The translations under genes were made by a program, and so were the position numbers. The notes beneath the pieces were generated by a model, which worked only from the letters and a program-made list of their open reading frames with translations, did no database searches and was not told the DNA's origin. DNA of 64,000 bases from Basidiobolus meristosporus CBS 931.73 (lineage: Eukaryota; Fungi; Basidiobolomycota): NCBI GenBank assembly GCA_002104905.1, contig MCFE01000340.1, positions 27,854-91,853 of the forward strand. Reading direction: 5' to 3'. Each line of letters starts with the position of its first letter. The first letter of the stretch is position 1. Shown piece by piece: positions 39,083 through 52,989 of the stretch.

Positions 39083-41695
39083 CTTCGGGCAGTGGTTGAG
39101 TGGCAAACACTGTAGCACCTGTGCTGCACACGGGCCTCCAAATTTGGCAGTCGCTAGGAGCACCTATGCAAGTGCACCTCATCGTATCCACGCTTCCAGA
39201 TCCCAACTGCCATTAGTCTGACTGGTATTACTGCCAGATGAATGGGCGTCCGACCGAGAATCCGTAACCGCCAAGAGAAAACTCTGTTGGAAACATCACA
39301 CCGGATCACTTGACCTCGAATACATATGCCATCAAGAGATGATTTCGGCACTTCTTGCTCCGCGGCTTCCGCTTGGCTGTCGATCATCTTGCGCATATAG
39401 CACTTCACCCAACCTGGGAACCACACCGAACACGCCTGCCCCAGAAATCCCCTGGCAAATTAACATTCAGTATGCTGGCCAAGAATAACCTCCACACCAC
39501 ATCGTATGCCAATCGCAAGTCTCACGAGAGTCCAGGAGGAATTACAATCCCCATTCAAGCCAATGGGGTGGCCCCTCTTAATCAATTCTAAGCTATGCAG
39601 TCTCAACAACCAAGTATCTCTCAGCGAATCTGGGCGAGCTAAATCTTAGTAAGCGGTACTTTTTGGCCTGTACTGAGCACACCTGGTCTCTGATCAGCCA
39701 ATCGGGTGATCCTGGCTGCTGGTATATCCGATATTAAGAGGCGGAATTAAGAATCTGATGTTTCCAGATAACGCTTCCTTTCCACAACCCAAGTGGTTGG
39801 TATGGTGGTTCAAGCCGGGGCAGGGCCTGGAGCTAATATGCTTCGCTCACTCAATGACGACATTAGTGTTTCAATCGGATAAACTCGTGCTCACCATTCC
39901 ATGCAGCTGATAGGCCAAGGGCGCTATATCCCTTAAATGAGGTGCCTAGGCAGCCCCCAGCAATGATACATGGTTCAATGCATGCGCCCTCCTTTTTCTG
40001 TTTCAGAGGATCGACTGACCTAACCAGGTCAGGCACGTGATAGTCAGCCCGACACGTCAGTCCATCCGGGGGATCTATCCTTTGTGTAGGCACAGCTAAG
40101 TGTCCGGAGCAGCCACCAAGACAAATGGCACTACAGGGTCAAACCATCGATACGCTCGCCCATTGGATCACTGGGCAATTCCCTGTAGATGGACAAGATG
40201 ATCCACTGCACCGCGTTTGCCATTGGCAGTTTAAGTTTGAGTTCAACGCACTGTGACATGGATCCATCAATGTGAGATAGCCGGACCCAATTACCCGACC
40301 ATGAGCAATCCGAAGGCTCAAGATGAAGCGCGGATTTCCTAATCCAGAGTGGTGATGGAGCAAAGCAGCAGCTTGCCCAAGAGCGAAAAGCTGCGCTAGT
40401 CTTGAGTGGCTGAATTAGCCAAGCCAACGTGTGACCTGGCCGAGAAGCCAAAAATAGCCCGGGCTGCGCAATGCATATTCTCATACAGAACTCTAATTTC
40501 GGAGCATTCTCATTGGGCCTATTTCATCGCTTTATTTGTGTTATCTCTGGGAAATTTTCCTTCCATGTATCCGCTGACAATCTCGTTCATAAGATCAAAA
40601 AGCGGCAGCTTTCCTTTTAGAGATGTAGCCGAAAAATATCCATATAAGAAATTATCCCGCCTGGGCGCTCAAGACGAGATTTCGATTTGAGGGCTTGCCG
40701 CTCGCGAGCATAAGTGTTTTAACGGAATCCCCAAGTCCAAGAGAAACTGATGGTCCTTGCAGTAGCGTTTCATTGATTCGATCTATAAGACTAGCCAATT
40801 ACTTATATGGTTAATATCATGATTACTGGGGCGCTTGTTCATTCATCCTGAGAAGTTATACAAACGTGGCACCAATATTGGTACCCAATCCGTTGAAGCA
40901 CTTAAGCTGTCAACCAAGGTATTCCTCTACATTCTTGTATATGCATCAGCTGAACCTGGGCCTTCCTTCCTGATGAATGCTTGAGACTCGCTTGCTCATC
41001 TACATACCACCCATGATCCCCCTATACATAGTCTGCCGAACAGATGAACCAAATATTTATGTCAAACACATTACTGCAAAATAGCACCCTGCCCCCTTTT
41101 TATTTTGTGCTATTGGAATGGTGTTTCCATGCTCTGCATTCAGCACCAGAAATACGAAATCCTGACCGAATCATGTTTACCAATTCCTTGGTCAATAGAT
41201 CTTGAGTACCTTACCATCTGCTGAAGATATCAATTCGTTCCAGGTTCCAGATCTCACTACAGATGCATCATTTCATTCGTTGCCAAATATATTCTGTTGG
41301 CATACTCTACCAAGTCCCTTCCCCCACTTGCTGCTTGGCTACAGAGCTAGTGAATAATGCCTAACACATGGTATATAAATGACAATTTACACATTGGCTT
41401 GCTCTTGCTCCATTACTGTCTGTAGATAATAGGAGCAGTATATCTTGTGGTAGCATTCGTCAGAGAATACATCGATTCATACTCTGAGTTGTGGATATAC
41501 TGGGAGATAGCAACACTCCCAACCCTTACACATATGTCTCAATAACATAATCCTTTGATTTTGCAAAACGGACCAACAGACATCAAGCCCACTGGTATCC
41601 TGACGCTCCCAATTTCTTTCCGATTCCTACTTACCTCAATGCAGTAGGCTGCTGACATATTGCGTTTCCCTAGTAGATATTTTTGATGGGTCTCA

Positions 41696-41926
41696 TTAAA
41701 TCACCACATGTGAATCGGTAGAAATCAACCTTGGGTGATAAAGCAAGTGGGGCTGGGCACTTGAAAGGTATTTTGGGATTAATAAGAAAGCGGGGCTTTC
41801 ACTTGCTAGATTGTTGGATTGAAATGAAGTGTCTATACATTTAGAACAACGCGGGGAGGATCCAACTAGAAGCTCTGGAAAATTTACAACTTTAGGGGAC
41901 TCCCGCAATTTAGAACAAATAATCAA
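41696..41926 (-). pseudogene. Possible decayed hAT C-terminal dimerisation-domain fragment
   Basis: 'SESPAFLLIPKYLSS...PRLISTDSHVV' loosely matches the 'yP.L..lA.kyLs.paTS..sER.FS.ag.vv' consensus. Confidence 0.25.
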
Positions 41927-44900
41927 GGTCCTGCTGAAAGAGTGATGGAGGCTTGGGGATTATTTGGGGATTTAGAAAAAGTATGGTTTTTTGCTTACCA
42001 TATAGAAATGTACTCACAAGGTTTCGTTAATTTAATAAGAATGCTTTGATCAATAGCCCAACAGGCTGCGTACAAAGTCTGGAGTCATTTGGAGGTGTTG
42101 GAAATATTTGATTACTTCCAGTATTTCACAATATCCAAGAATCAGTGAACATCATGCAAAACTATTTTCAAGTGAATAGACATCAAATTCAATCAAAGTA
42201 GGATTTTTATGGTTTAAGGATGGTTGGGTGATAAGTTGGATTTTTGGAACATGCTTCATTCCAATTCAAAAGTCCTCAAGTGAAAACCACCCTTTCTTCT
42301 AAATGCTTGAAACAATATTCAATTTCCCACTGCCACCTTCAACATGAGTACCCCAGAAACCCAAGAAAGTTGCAACTTTGAAATTTAAAAGTTGGCAACA
42401 TTATTAAACTGGTAAACTCCAAAGTCGCAAACGCACTTCGTACTCATGAACCTACTGGTGACAGCCACTAAACTCCATATTCGGCCGAATGTATAGGGTA
42501 CTCATGACCAATGCGCTTAGAAACAACCAAACTTGTAACTCTGCCAATTGATGCCTATCATACAATCAACTATATTGAAGATCATCAGTCATGGATAAAA
42601 TGGCAGAAGGGACAGGATGTGACTAGACCAAAATAAAAGCAGTGAATATTTGACAGCAGTGGCCATTGATATGATCCGTACTAAATCTGAGCCAATGCGT
42701 CAAAAATGAGGTATTACATGATAGCCGCTTAATCTCACCAAATGTCTCTAATACCGCACCCAGCGCAACTTCCAAACACCAAGAGTCTTGGTCGGAGTTG
42801 CACAAACCGCGGTTGATAATTCACTAACAAACAGTCCTCTGCCTTCTCAATAGTCCAACCCACGTCCGTAACCCATTCTAATTTGGTTCCCTACTAGTTT
42901 AATAAAGGGGCCCTTGCTTTTCGTTTTGGTTAATTCCAGATCCCAATGGAATCCGGGATGTCTAGTCATCCAATAGGTTCCTGTTGGAAATTGTATCAAT
43001 GCTGGGGACTTGGGTGGCCAACATGCTTTTGTCTTGCACCAAGTGGCCCGGATATAGATACCCTCTCATCGGCCAGGGACTAGATTCGGAGCATATTTTG
43101 ACCGCTTGTTCAGGATTGTGGAGATGTGCACAAGATAGCTTTTGGGCGATTCTAGGAGTCCCCATCTTACGAAGACCGTCCACAGTACAACCCCAAGGTT
43201 AGTGTTACCAAATTATCAGCGCTGGCTTATTAAGAGGATGTCACCAGAACAGCTCGGTAAATCTGCTCAAATTGGGTAAAAAGTAGTGACCGACAATTTG
43301 TAAATGGATTCTAATCGAGTGGATTGTGTTACCCAAAGATTCAGCTTCAGCGATTCCTGGCGTGTTGAAATAGCCAAAAGCACAACGACCCAAAAGGTCG
43401 TTGCAGTCCCTAATGGGCAGGGCCCAAGGTGTATGTGCCGGAGATGCTGCTTGAGAATTTATGACGCAAGGTGTGAGCACCACAACGCCCGATGCATTCT
43501 AGCATGTGCCTTTCATACATTGTTACTACTCTGCCAGTATGCATACCACGAAACTGATGGGATTCATCTGGATCATAAATATACGAATCAGTAGATTTGG
43601 GTGCAAAATTTCCCCAGAAATCGCTATTTGTTCCATCGGAATCGTCGAATTCATCTTGCCCACCGCAATTCTGTGGTACAAGCTGACGAGGTGCTTTCCT
43701 TCTGTCACATCTTCATTTCCGAGTACAGCTGCAGGTGAACGCTACTTAGCCGATCACACTTCACCTTCACCTTCACGGCCTAGATTCTGTCAAACAGAGT
43801 TCATTCTATTGGTGCGATTCGGGTTAATCAGAGGATGCTTAACTGCCATCGATAGATATGAACTACATAGGCTATGCTTGCTTTTAGAAACAGGTCTAGC
43901 AATGTACGACACCATCCAAGCATCCAGGTAGCCCTACAGGCTTACAGCCTATAGGACAAGTACAGCGAGCATGTCCGGCCACTGAGAGCCGTCACTGATG
44001 TCTGGACGAGCGCACAGGACCTGATATAACGAAAATACTGAACTAGTGTGGAGACCACTAGAATCCAAAAGTTCCAGCTTTTCCCACCGGTTTCAACAGA
44101 GTTCCAAGAGCAATAGCGTCAGCATTTGTACCAGCTTAGCGTTGCGTAACTAACACCCTCAAATTCGGAGATCTCGATGAGATGAACCAATGAACAGTGC
44201 TTCGTCCCCACCAGACAATAGTGGCTCTTGCATTATTCAGGGCGTTTGATTGCTTGGATTCCAACACACCCACTGCGATGATGTGTATGGAACGCAACTG
44301 AGTGGGAATTTCCTGTCGTTTTCTTATTCTGACAGCAGGGCGTTTCGAACATGTACCCCAGACAAGAGTGCCAGCCCGGCCGATTTTTGCGGGACCAAGG
44401 TCCAGCGGTTGTGTCTTTGAATAACGGGACAAGATAATGCTTGGGTGCAATGCTGCCTAAAGAGTGCCCCATCCGGTTTCTATCTATGCCACTGGCCATT
44501 GGGTTGCCGGAAAACAGAGGTTGTGCCAAAGCGCATGCCCAACCAATCCAGAATTATAGATCCTAAGACATTGGTTCAGATGAGAAAATTCCACTCTCCA
44601 AAGTCAGTCTGATCCTAGGGCTTTCCGTAGCACTCTGAAATCGCAATTGCTCATCAGGAAGCCACTCACCGAAAAGGAAATCCTTGGCTCAAGTGTTTCT
44701 AGTGGTTTTTGTGGCCCAGAAAGGTCCCAGTTTTTTGTTGGGTTGTTATCGCGGACTGCAGGGGTAATGTGGAGCCCGTTGGTATCGAGTGACTACAGAG
44801 CGTTGCTTCAACTCTTCCTAGGCAGGCTCCAACAGGCAAAAGATCGCTGTGGATAACTCGATGTGGTGGGTCAGTCGCACCTCGGTGCAATCCGTAGTAT

Positions 44901-45457
44901 TTGTTGTTGACGGCGCACTCCAGCATAAGATTCATCATGGACAACGGCTCGTCACAGCATTGCCGAAGGGGTTTCGGTTTATTTACAGCTTCATGATTGG
45001 TATGTTTGGGCTGCGATCATCGCTCATGTGATCCGGATCCAACCTTAATCTTTTCGAAGATGCAGCCGGTTGATATGGGACACACGCGATTGGAATTTAT
45101 TAACTTATAATCATTTCCAGCCTTTAAAAGCTTACCCTCAAGCAATTAAGAGTTCTTTGGAATACTAGTTTACTTTGCCTGGAACCAGGAATATCATATC
45201 CTTAAGTGTGGTTTTCTTTGCTTCCTGAAGCGTTGGCCTTTGGTTGCATTTTGTTCTAATTTTATGGTATGTTCAGCCTAATATAAACCACATCTCTTCG
45301 GCAGAAGACCACTGCTTCAGCAAACTTACGCTGCTCTTTAGAACTGAAAACTTCGACATACTGAAATTCTCCATTTCTGTATACTCTGGCAAAATACCCC
45401 CACCTTTGGTGTTGACTACATATTTCTCTCTATCCTTGGGTTATCAATTAACAATAT

Positions 45458-47305
45458 ATGGCTGATCAACAACTACCGTTCTCACTTGAAGATCCATTAT
45501 TTTCAAAGGGCTCCAGTATGATGGTAGATGAACTTCCCTTAATCGGTCCGCAAGTTACCTCTGATCCTTCGATTGGACAGAGCACCAATGAAGGCACGAT
45601 TCCCACGAAGCGAACTGATTCTCAAGCATCTTTCCTCAGGAAGGCGGAATTTTTGGTCTCAGAAAATGGCTCTACCGAGCCTATTGACTCAACTCCTTCG
45701 AATGATTCTTCTAGCCAAATTGAAGACACTCCTACGACGCATTGGGGGATTCTACAGTCTATTAACCCCGAGTATCCCACCGTTTACCTCAGCAAGACTG
45801 ATGGTCGGGGATATTTGTTGGGAAGACATAGCGAATGTGATGTCATTTTCACTCATCCGCAAATCAGTAACCGACACTGCTTGATTTTCAAGGAAAACAG
45901 AGTAGAGACCCAGACTGGGCCAGTGGACTGCATTTTTATTGAGGATTTGAGCACGAATGGGACCTACGTAAATGGAAAGAAAATAGGGCGTAACCAACGA
46001 AGACAGATCCGGCAAGGGGATTCCATTCAGTTGGCGCGTTACAATTCCAAGTTGCATGAGAAGTTCAACGATAATTTCTACATCTTCAAACAGGTCAGTC
46101 CCGAAACCAATGAACCTGGACTTACTATCAGCAAGAAGTACCTCATCGGCAATACGTTGGGAAGGGGTAATTTCGCCGAGGTGAAGTTAGCCACGGATAG
46201 AACCACCGGCAAAAGATATGCCGTCAAGATTATCAACAAGCGGAGATTCCTCAACAAACCCAAACTCAGCGAGTCCCTGCAGCGGGAGATTGCCATACTT
46301 ATGGCGATCAAACATCCATCCATCATATCAACGCACGGAGTCTACGACGAGCAGGATTTCCTTTACATAGTTCTAGAGCTAGTGGATGGCGGTGAGCTCT
46401 TCGACCTGATCGTCAAGAAACGGCGCTTCACGGAACCAGAAGCGAGAGTTATCTTCTATCAGCTCTTCCAAGCAATTAAATACTTGCATGACCGTGGAAT
46501 CACCCACCGAGATATGAAGCCCGAAAACATTCTCCTGGATCCGCGGGATCCACTGCGGGTGAAGATATCGGACTTTGGCTTGGCCAAGATCGTTGGTGAG
46601 GAGTCATTCATCAAAACCCTCTGCGGAACCCCGAATTATGTCGCACCTGAGGTATTGCAGCCGCCGCAACACCGACAATACTCGAAGAAAGTGGATCTCT
46701 GGAGCCTCGGGGTGATCCTGTATATCTGCTTGTGTGGTTTCCCCCCTTCTCCGGTAGGGCCGCTGTTGTGCATTAGCCCCGTTGATTGTTGCTAACTTGA
46801 GCTTGATGGTAGATGAGCTGGGACCACCAAACATGCAGTCTCAGATCAAAGAGGGAATCTACGGCTTTCCATCCCCGTATTGGGACAATATTTCTCCTGA
46901 AGGTTAGTACGAATTGGCCCTTGGATTGGTGCATTCATCCTAAAGTCTTCTCCAGCCATAAGCTTGATTAAGCAGCTGCTGCAAGTCAATCCAGAAAAGC
47001 GCTTGACGGTGGATGAGGCGTTAGAGCATCCGTGGATGAATGTAGGCAGGCTAGGCTGTTGAGGGCAATTGGTCCGTGTAGCTAACATCTTTCTGTTGCA
47101 GATGGAGAATCAGATGCAAGATGATGCGACCACCGCTCCGTTCTTCAACACTTTGAAGCAGGAGTTCACTCGGGTCCACACCACCTTGTCGCCAGAGAAG
47201 GGGGCAGAGGAGGCTCGGAGCAGCAGCAGTACCAGTTCGATGGCCAAACGTGAGCCTGCATCGCAAGAAGTCGATTCTCCTTCCAAACGGCCCAAAACCT
47301 CTTAG
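45458..47305 (+). CDS. CHK2: FHA-domain checkpoint kinase, CHK2/Cds1/Dun1 family
   Basis: FHA 'GRHSECD...ISNRHC...DLSTNGTYVNG'; kinase 'LGRGNFAEV...YAVKII...HRDMKPEN...DFGLAK...CGTPNYVAPE'. There are three 3' introns, and one base appears missing in the C-run at 46741-46746. Confidence 0.9.
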
Positions 47306-47514
47306 GATTAATACATCTTGCCCACAAGCTCCAGCGGAGAGGGGCCTCTTTTCCGTGGCGTGTACAAGTAGCTTTATCACTCTATTTAAACATCTTTAAA
47401 AAGCATTTCGAGGGAAGTTGCTCCCGTTTTTCTGAATCACCTCCTCTTCCTGTACTCTATCTTGAAGTCTCTCATTTCATTCTACTCATTCACTCGGGCT
47501 GTGTGGTCGAGTTT

Positions 47515-50190
47515 CTACACTTGAAGATCATCACTGTTATTGTTGTGCTTCCTATGAAGGAATCTTTCGGCTATCAGTTGCCGCTTATGGACATCACTAT
47601 TGATTAAAGACGTACAATAGAAGTTCTGGTCTGGATGCATTCCGTATAGCAACTTTATGTCAAGCACGTTTCTCGCAAAACTGCAGCTCTTCAAGATAGC
47701 TAAGCACAGCGAAGGTTGAGGCATTCAAATAAACTACAGGTTCTATGTACAAATGAGGCAAGGCAGAGAAGGTACAGGCATCCATTTGTTTGTACAAGTA
47801 TCTCTGATCGCTTACTCCCTTCGATCCCATCGAGTTGCTACTGCGCATACTCCTTTGCGGTGGCAAGGATAACCTCCCCGATGTTTTTCCTTAACGCCAA
47901 GGCTTCCGCTGGCCCTGGCCACACGTTAGGATCCGATTTCTGCGCCTTGATGCAAGCATGGGTAGAATGGGGTGCTCAGATGCTACGGGATTGCAGGTAA
48001 ACCTCACCTGACAGATGCTATAAAACCGGCTTGGATCCTTCAGGAATGTCTGGGCATAGCAGAGAAGATGGACTCCACAGTCCACAAAGTTCATCTGCTT
48101 CGGAGTCTCGGTGCGGTCCGGAAATTAGCAATCAAGTAGAGCGAAGCGAGCAATAGAAAAGTAGTTACCGCGACTGTTCGCCTGGAAATCTTGTTGTGCG
48201 GTTCACGTGCATACCTCAGGCGCGCCTCTGTTCTGAGATACTCCTCCAATTGATTGCATAGTTTAGTGTAGCTCCGCTTGGGCATCGAGTCGAAGATAAA
48301 GACCCAGGGCATCCTAGCAATCAAAGCGAATGTTAGAGGGGTGGGGCATAGAGGTAACGTCCGCTACAAACGATCCAGGGTTGTCTTGGTCGATGGCCTC
48401 AGTCGCGTTGTCAAGCTTTTCGAATAGCTTGCTGGCGTTACATATCAATGCCAATAGCCAATGTAGTCTTGGAAACTATACTTTTATGATCCATTTCATT
48501 GAAAATCGAGTGAACTTGGCTGCTTACTCCTTGTTGATTGGTATGAATACGAATTGCTTTTCAAAAATGTTCACATCCATGGTCCATCGACGCAGCTTGG
48601 CCTCAGTACATTTGCTAAGATGGAGAGCATTAGGAGGTAGCATTTGAAGAGTAGGTCTTGAGACGGGTACCTTGTTGTCGTATCAATGACGAGGCTGTAA
48701 AAGAAGGGGCTGAAGATGTGGACTTTGCTGGCTAATACAGGATCCGTTTCATGCAACTTTGCATAGAGGAGCCTTCAAGGCAAGAGGTCAATGCATGGCT
48801 ATTTTTGAGGACGGTAGGCAGCAACCCACCTCAAAAAGAATTCAATCACATTGTCGTTCAACATCTCGTTTTCTTGGACGCGTCGAAGGTCATTCAAAGT
48901 CACTGTAACCCCGCCAATTTGGTGAAAGGGATAGCTGAACAAGCTGAAATTGAAAGACCTGCATCAAAACCAATAGTAGTACTCACGTCTGCCGTAGAAG
49001 AAATATTACACAGTACTCTCGGTCGCCTGCGTGGTCGTGGTATTGTGCTTGACTGGGATTGCAGTGTTGGTCTCAGCCCGTGCACTCCTGCCAGTTCAGG
49101 TCAACAGGTGAGTGGCGGTATCAATGGACGCCCTGTTCGGGTGCATACTTTGCTGGAGGGGGTTGCTCACACGGCGGAATCTTTAACTTTATGATGTTTC
49201 TACCTCTAGGATTGCATTCTTCGGCTGAGCGTTTACCGACATCACACATGAAAGGCTAGCGGGTTACCTTCTAAACACTTCAATTTCATTGATCTGATAA
49301 ATCACCTCGCATGTAGGGATCAGTTGAAGGTCATCGGAGCTGTTCACGCGGTTTACCAGGTTAGCAATGTAGGTGGATCTGGCCGATGAAGAAAGCAATT
49401 GCCAACCGAGTGATCGTCACTTTCTTCGACTCGCACCAATTCACAAATTGCCCCATGTACGGTCGTAAGTGTCGCCCGTAGCAGCAATGCAGTTGTATTG
49501 CTGTACTCCTCGTACCCATGGACTGGGTATAAGCCGCCTTGAAAATCACAAATGAAAATGCTGATTGCGCTGAGCTCTACCAAGGCAGTTTGGTAAAGTT
49601 GGTTTTCGAAAGAATTTAAAGGCTAAGAACTCAACTGGGATGTACACTTGAAGTTCTCTGAGAGAAATGCGACCTCTATCCTCCTGAGTTGTATCGCATA
49701 CGTCTATTTGGAGATCACCATCTGGTTTGGTAAATGTGATTTCCCTCAAAACTATATCCCACAGGATATCCAGTGGTCTCATTAATTTCGTGCGCAATAG
49801 ATTCTGAAGTGAATCAGTAGCCCCCTATGAAAGAATTGGTGTCTAGAATGCTCGACTACAGAGGTACACGGCCAAAGGCAGTTTACCGTAAGCTGCTTGT
49901 TGAACATTGTCAAATGGATTTCGGTTTCGTCTACACTTTCTAGAAAGATTCGAAACATGAGATTACTCGATTGATAAGAGCCTTACTTGCTCATTCTACT
50001 TCGTTTCAATGAGTTTTCGGTCGAACTAGATACACTTGGTGATATCTGCTTGTTTCCGATCCTCAGAACTATCTACTTGGTAAGTATACATATTCGTATG
50101 TGTATACAGCGGTGCTGGCCTCACCCAAATCTCCTGAATAATCGGTCAGACAATAGGGAGAGATGTACAACTTTGAGGAGGTTCTCATGG
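47515..50190 (-). CDS. ULP2: Ulp2/SENP6-7-type SUMO protease (peptidase C48), intron-rich; 5' end uncertain
   Basis: Spliced minus-strand exons give 'YPFHQIGGVTVTLNDLRRVQENEMLNDNVIEFFL', 'KVHIFSPFFYS', 'RRWTMDVNIFEKQFVFIPIN', 'LHWLLALICN' (His), 'VFIFDSM' (Asp) and 'PKQMNFVDCGVHLL' (Gln, Cys). Confidence 0.85.
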
Positions 50191-51599
50191 TTTCAATAAG
50201 GTTTGAACTCTAGAAAAGCCAGGCTCAACTGGTGCCCTGAATATAAAACCTGCTTGAGTATTCACATACCAATGCAATTCGCATCTTGGGGCTTTTAGCT
50301 ACCAAGCGTCAGCAGCCACGAGTACTTTATATCTGGGCCATCAAGAAGTTTATCAATTGCTTAGTCATAGTGCTCTTCCAATGTAATACGCCACTATAAG
50401 CCACACATTCTTTCAAATGCAAGCCAAGCCCTAACATCACGAACAAATACAGTGCTACCGTATAGCTCGTAATGTATTAGATTTAACTTTTGATAGTGTG
50501 ATGTGTATAGCCTAACTGCTACTCTCCTAGAGTGCTGCGCTAACACTGAACGGATGTCATCAGATCAGGAACCGTGGCTAAAGTCCCCTACATAAAATGT
50601 GTGTACGAAAAGCAGAAATCGGGTCACTCATCAACATAAAATTCCATGTAAGCCCTTTTGTGGTTTCTGGCTGGAGCACAGTATAGATGCTTTAGCAGCT
50701 AGGATGATTCAAGCATAATATCGGAACAGCAGCAGCTACGAGAACTATTCATGCAGGTAACAAATAACATGTAATATAAAGAGTTGGTATCTAAATAATG
50801 ATCATATTGGCATACGGCTTGGGGTAACTTGGCTATGATATCATTTTGCGGGCAAGGTAGAGGCTGAGTATTAGCAGGTTTATGCTTATTTGGTGTTTTT
50901 GTCCAAGTGGGATGAAGACACTTCTTACACCTTGGGTCTGTAGATATAAATTAATTTGTTTATATCCTATCTGGAGACTTGCAGGGCATATATTTCATTC
51001 AAAGCTATACAAAAATATCCATTTAACTACTGCTACTATGGTTACCTGATGTTTTATATTCTGTGTTTTCATCTAAATGTTCCATTTACCTAGTCATTTT
51101 GCTCATAGCTTACAAGCTTACTAGGGCTAGGGGAGGGGACATTCACTAGAAGTTGTAATAATTATTTCCATAACTCAGTATACAGCAACCAAGTTCTATA
51201 TGAGTAGCTTTTTAACTGGGGGATTAGTGTATGGTGTAGGTGTTTTAGTAAGGACTAGGAAAAGGTTAGAAGAACAGGGGGTCTGGGGGATGCAGTCCCC
51301 TAGAGAAGAGAAAAGCAGGGGGTTTGGGAGGATACAGTCCCCCATACTGCTCCCATATGTTGCAATATTCTGAGAAGTATTTGAAGTGATCTGGAGAACT
51401 AGTGGACTTACATGTTATTCACTTGTTGATTTATAGATCAAAAGTATGGTATTTATACTTTTGATAAAGTAGAGCAAATAAATGTGTAGTGTCTGTTAAG
51501 GAAGGTCCCAAAAGTACATATGCAGAGTTTGGGTCTTTTGGACAACTTTAAGAAAGATCATAATCTTGGTACCTGGCAATTTTGTGAAAATATTCTGAG

Positions 51600-52560
51600 T
51601 AAATTGCAACAAGAAATTTGGTTAGGAAAGAATGCTGATCACGGAATAAGATGTAAGTGACTAAATTAGCATGAATATTTTGGTGACAACTTAATAATAC
51701 AACACTCCCACTCTACATAATATTCATGAGTAATAAATACATATTGTGAGTGTGCAATCTGTAATAAAGCAAATAAAATTTAACTGTGTTGCATACTGGA
51801 CTGATATATTATCCAATGATATATGCATTTGTGCTCTACTTAATTGAACAAGTAAGTTGGGATTCAAAGTGCATACCTACTTAATAGTATGCCTAAAAAT
51901 CAGAATGATCTGATCTAAAATACTAGTTATCATCTTCAATTGATTGCATAGGCTTGAATAATAACCTGGGTGTGGTTGTTAGATGATAATAGTAATAGAT
52001 AGTCTCAGGGCTCTCCAATGCTTGGTATTTAAGCAAAATTGACCTAATTTTGCTTAAGTTAAGGGTTTGTTATTTATGGCAGATCTTGTTGTAAGAGTCT
52101 TGGAGATATTGAAAGTGAGTGGGAGAACAAGTAGATTATGTGGTTTTCACTTTATGATTAATTGAATGTAAAAGTAGTATTTATACCCTTACCTAGTCTT
52201 GGTATTACAGACAAGTAGAACAGGTTAAGGAAGGTCCCAAGAACATGTGTGCAGAGTTTGGGGCTGTTTGGACAACTTTGAGATTTTTCATTTGCTGGGT
52301 AGCTGGTATTTTGGTGAAAATATTCTAAGTAAATCCCAACAAGGAATTTGGTCAGTATTCCCAAGGATTTGAAGGTAATGAACTAAGAAACTAAATTAGG
52401 TGAATATTTAGGTGGAATTACAAATTTTTACAATACTCCCACTCAGCTAAATGCTCATACTGACAAGTCCTAATTTTGACCAAAGATATTCAAGCTTGTC
52501 TCTTGCTAATGGCTTGGTAAATATGTCAGCAATCATATCATCTGAAGGACATAAAGCCTA
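51600..52560 (-). mobile_element. Decayed Ty1/copia RT-RNase H remnants
   Basis: 'PSDDMIADIFTKPLARDKL' (about 52490-52550) matches the copia RNase H end, and 'LGILTKFL.GI' resembles copia RT. A ~130-bp block is duplicated at about 51498 and 52228. Confidence 0.5.
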
Positions 52561-52599
52561 AGCTAACTAAGTTATTCTCTATAGCTTCATGTAAGAATC

Positions 52600-52989
52600 A
52601 AAGCTCATCAGGGGTAAATATAGAATTCAGGGGTTTTGGGGGAAGTACAAATTGTAGATGTTTCTGATCAATATAATCCAAGACTGGAACCCAGCCTGGG
52701 ATTAGGTGTAGTAGCAAAGGTGTGTGGACTTGTAAGTAGCTCTGCCACATAGATCTTAGATGGTCCTGTGCCAGTAGTCTTGTTTTCTCAGCTTTTTGAA
52801 GTTTTGAAGCAAGCTCTGTTACTACAGCAGAGCCAAGCAGGGTGTGCCAGCAAGAAGATTTTCAAGAGGAGTTAGATTTAAGCCATTGTTTGATAGAGGG
52901 GTTATGTGCTTTCTGAAGTTTCACTAGGAAGGAAGCACAGAGATAGACCATTTGGATTTGGTATGAGTAGAACCCAAAGGCTCCATTAG
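52600..52989 (-). mobile_element. Telomeric array unit A2: fragment of family A ORF2 C-terminus
   Basis: Colinear with 56829-57220, with substitutions that include CpG losses. Ends at CTCCATTAGT followed by telomere-like TAGGGTTAGG. Confidence 0.9.
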
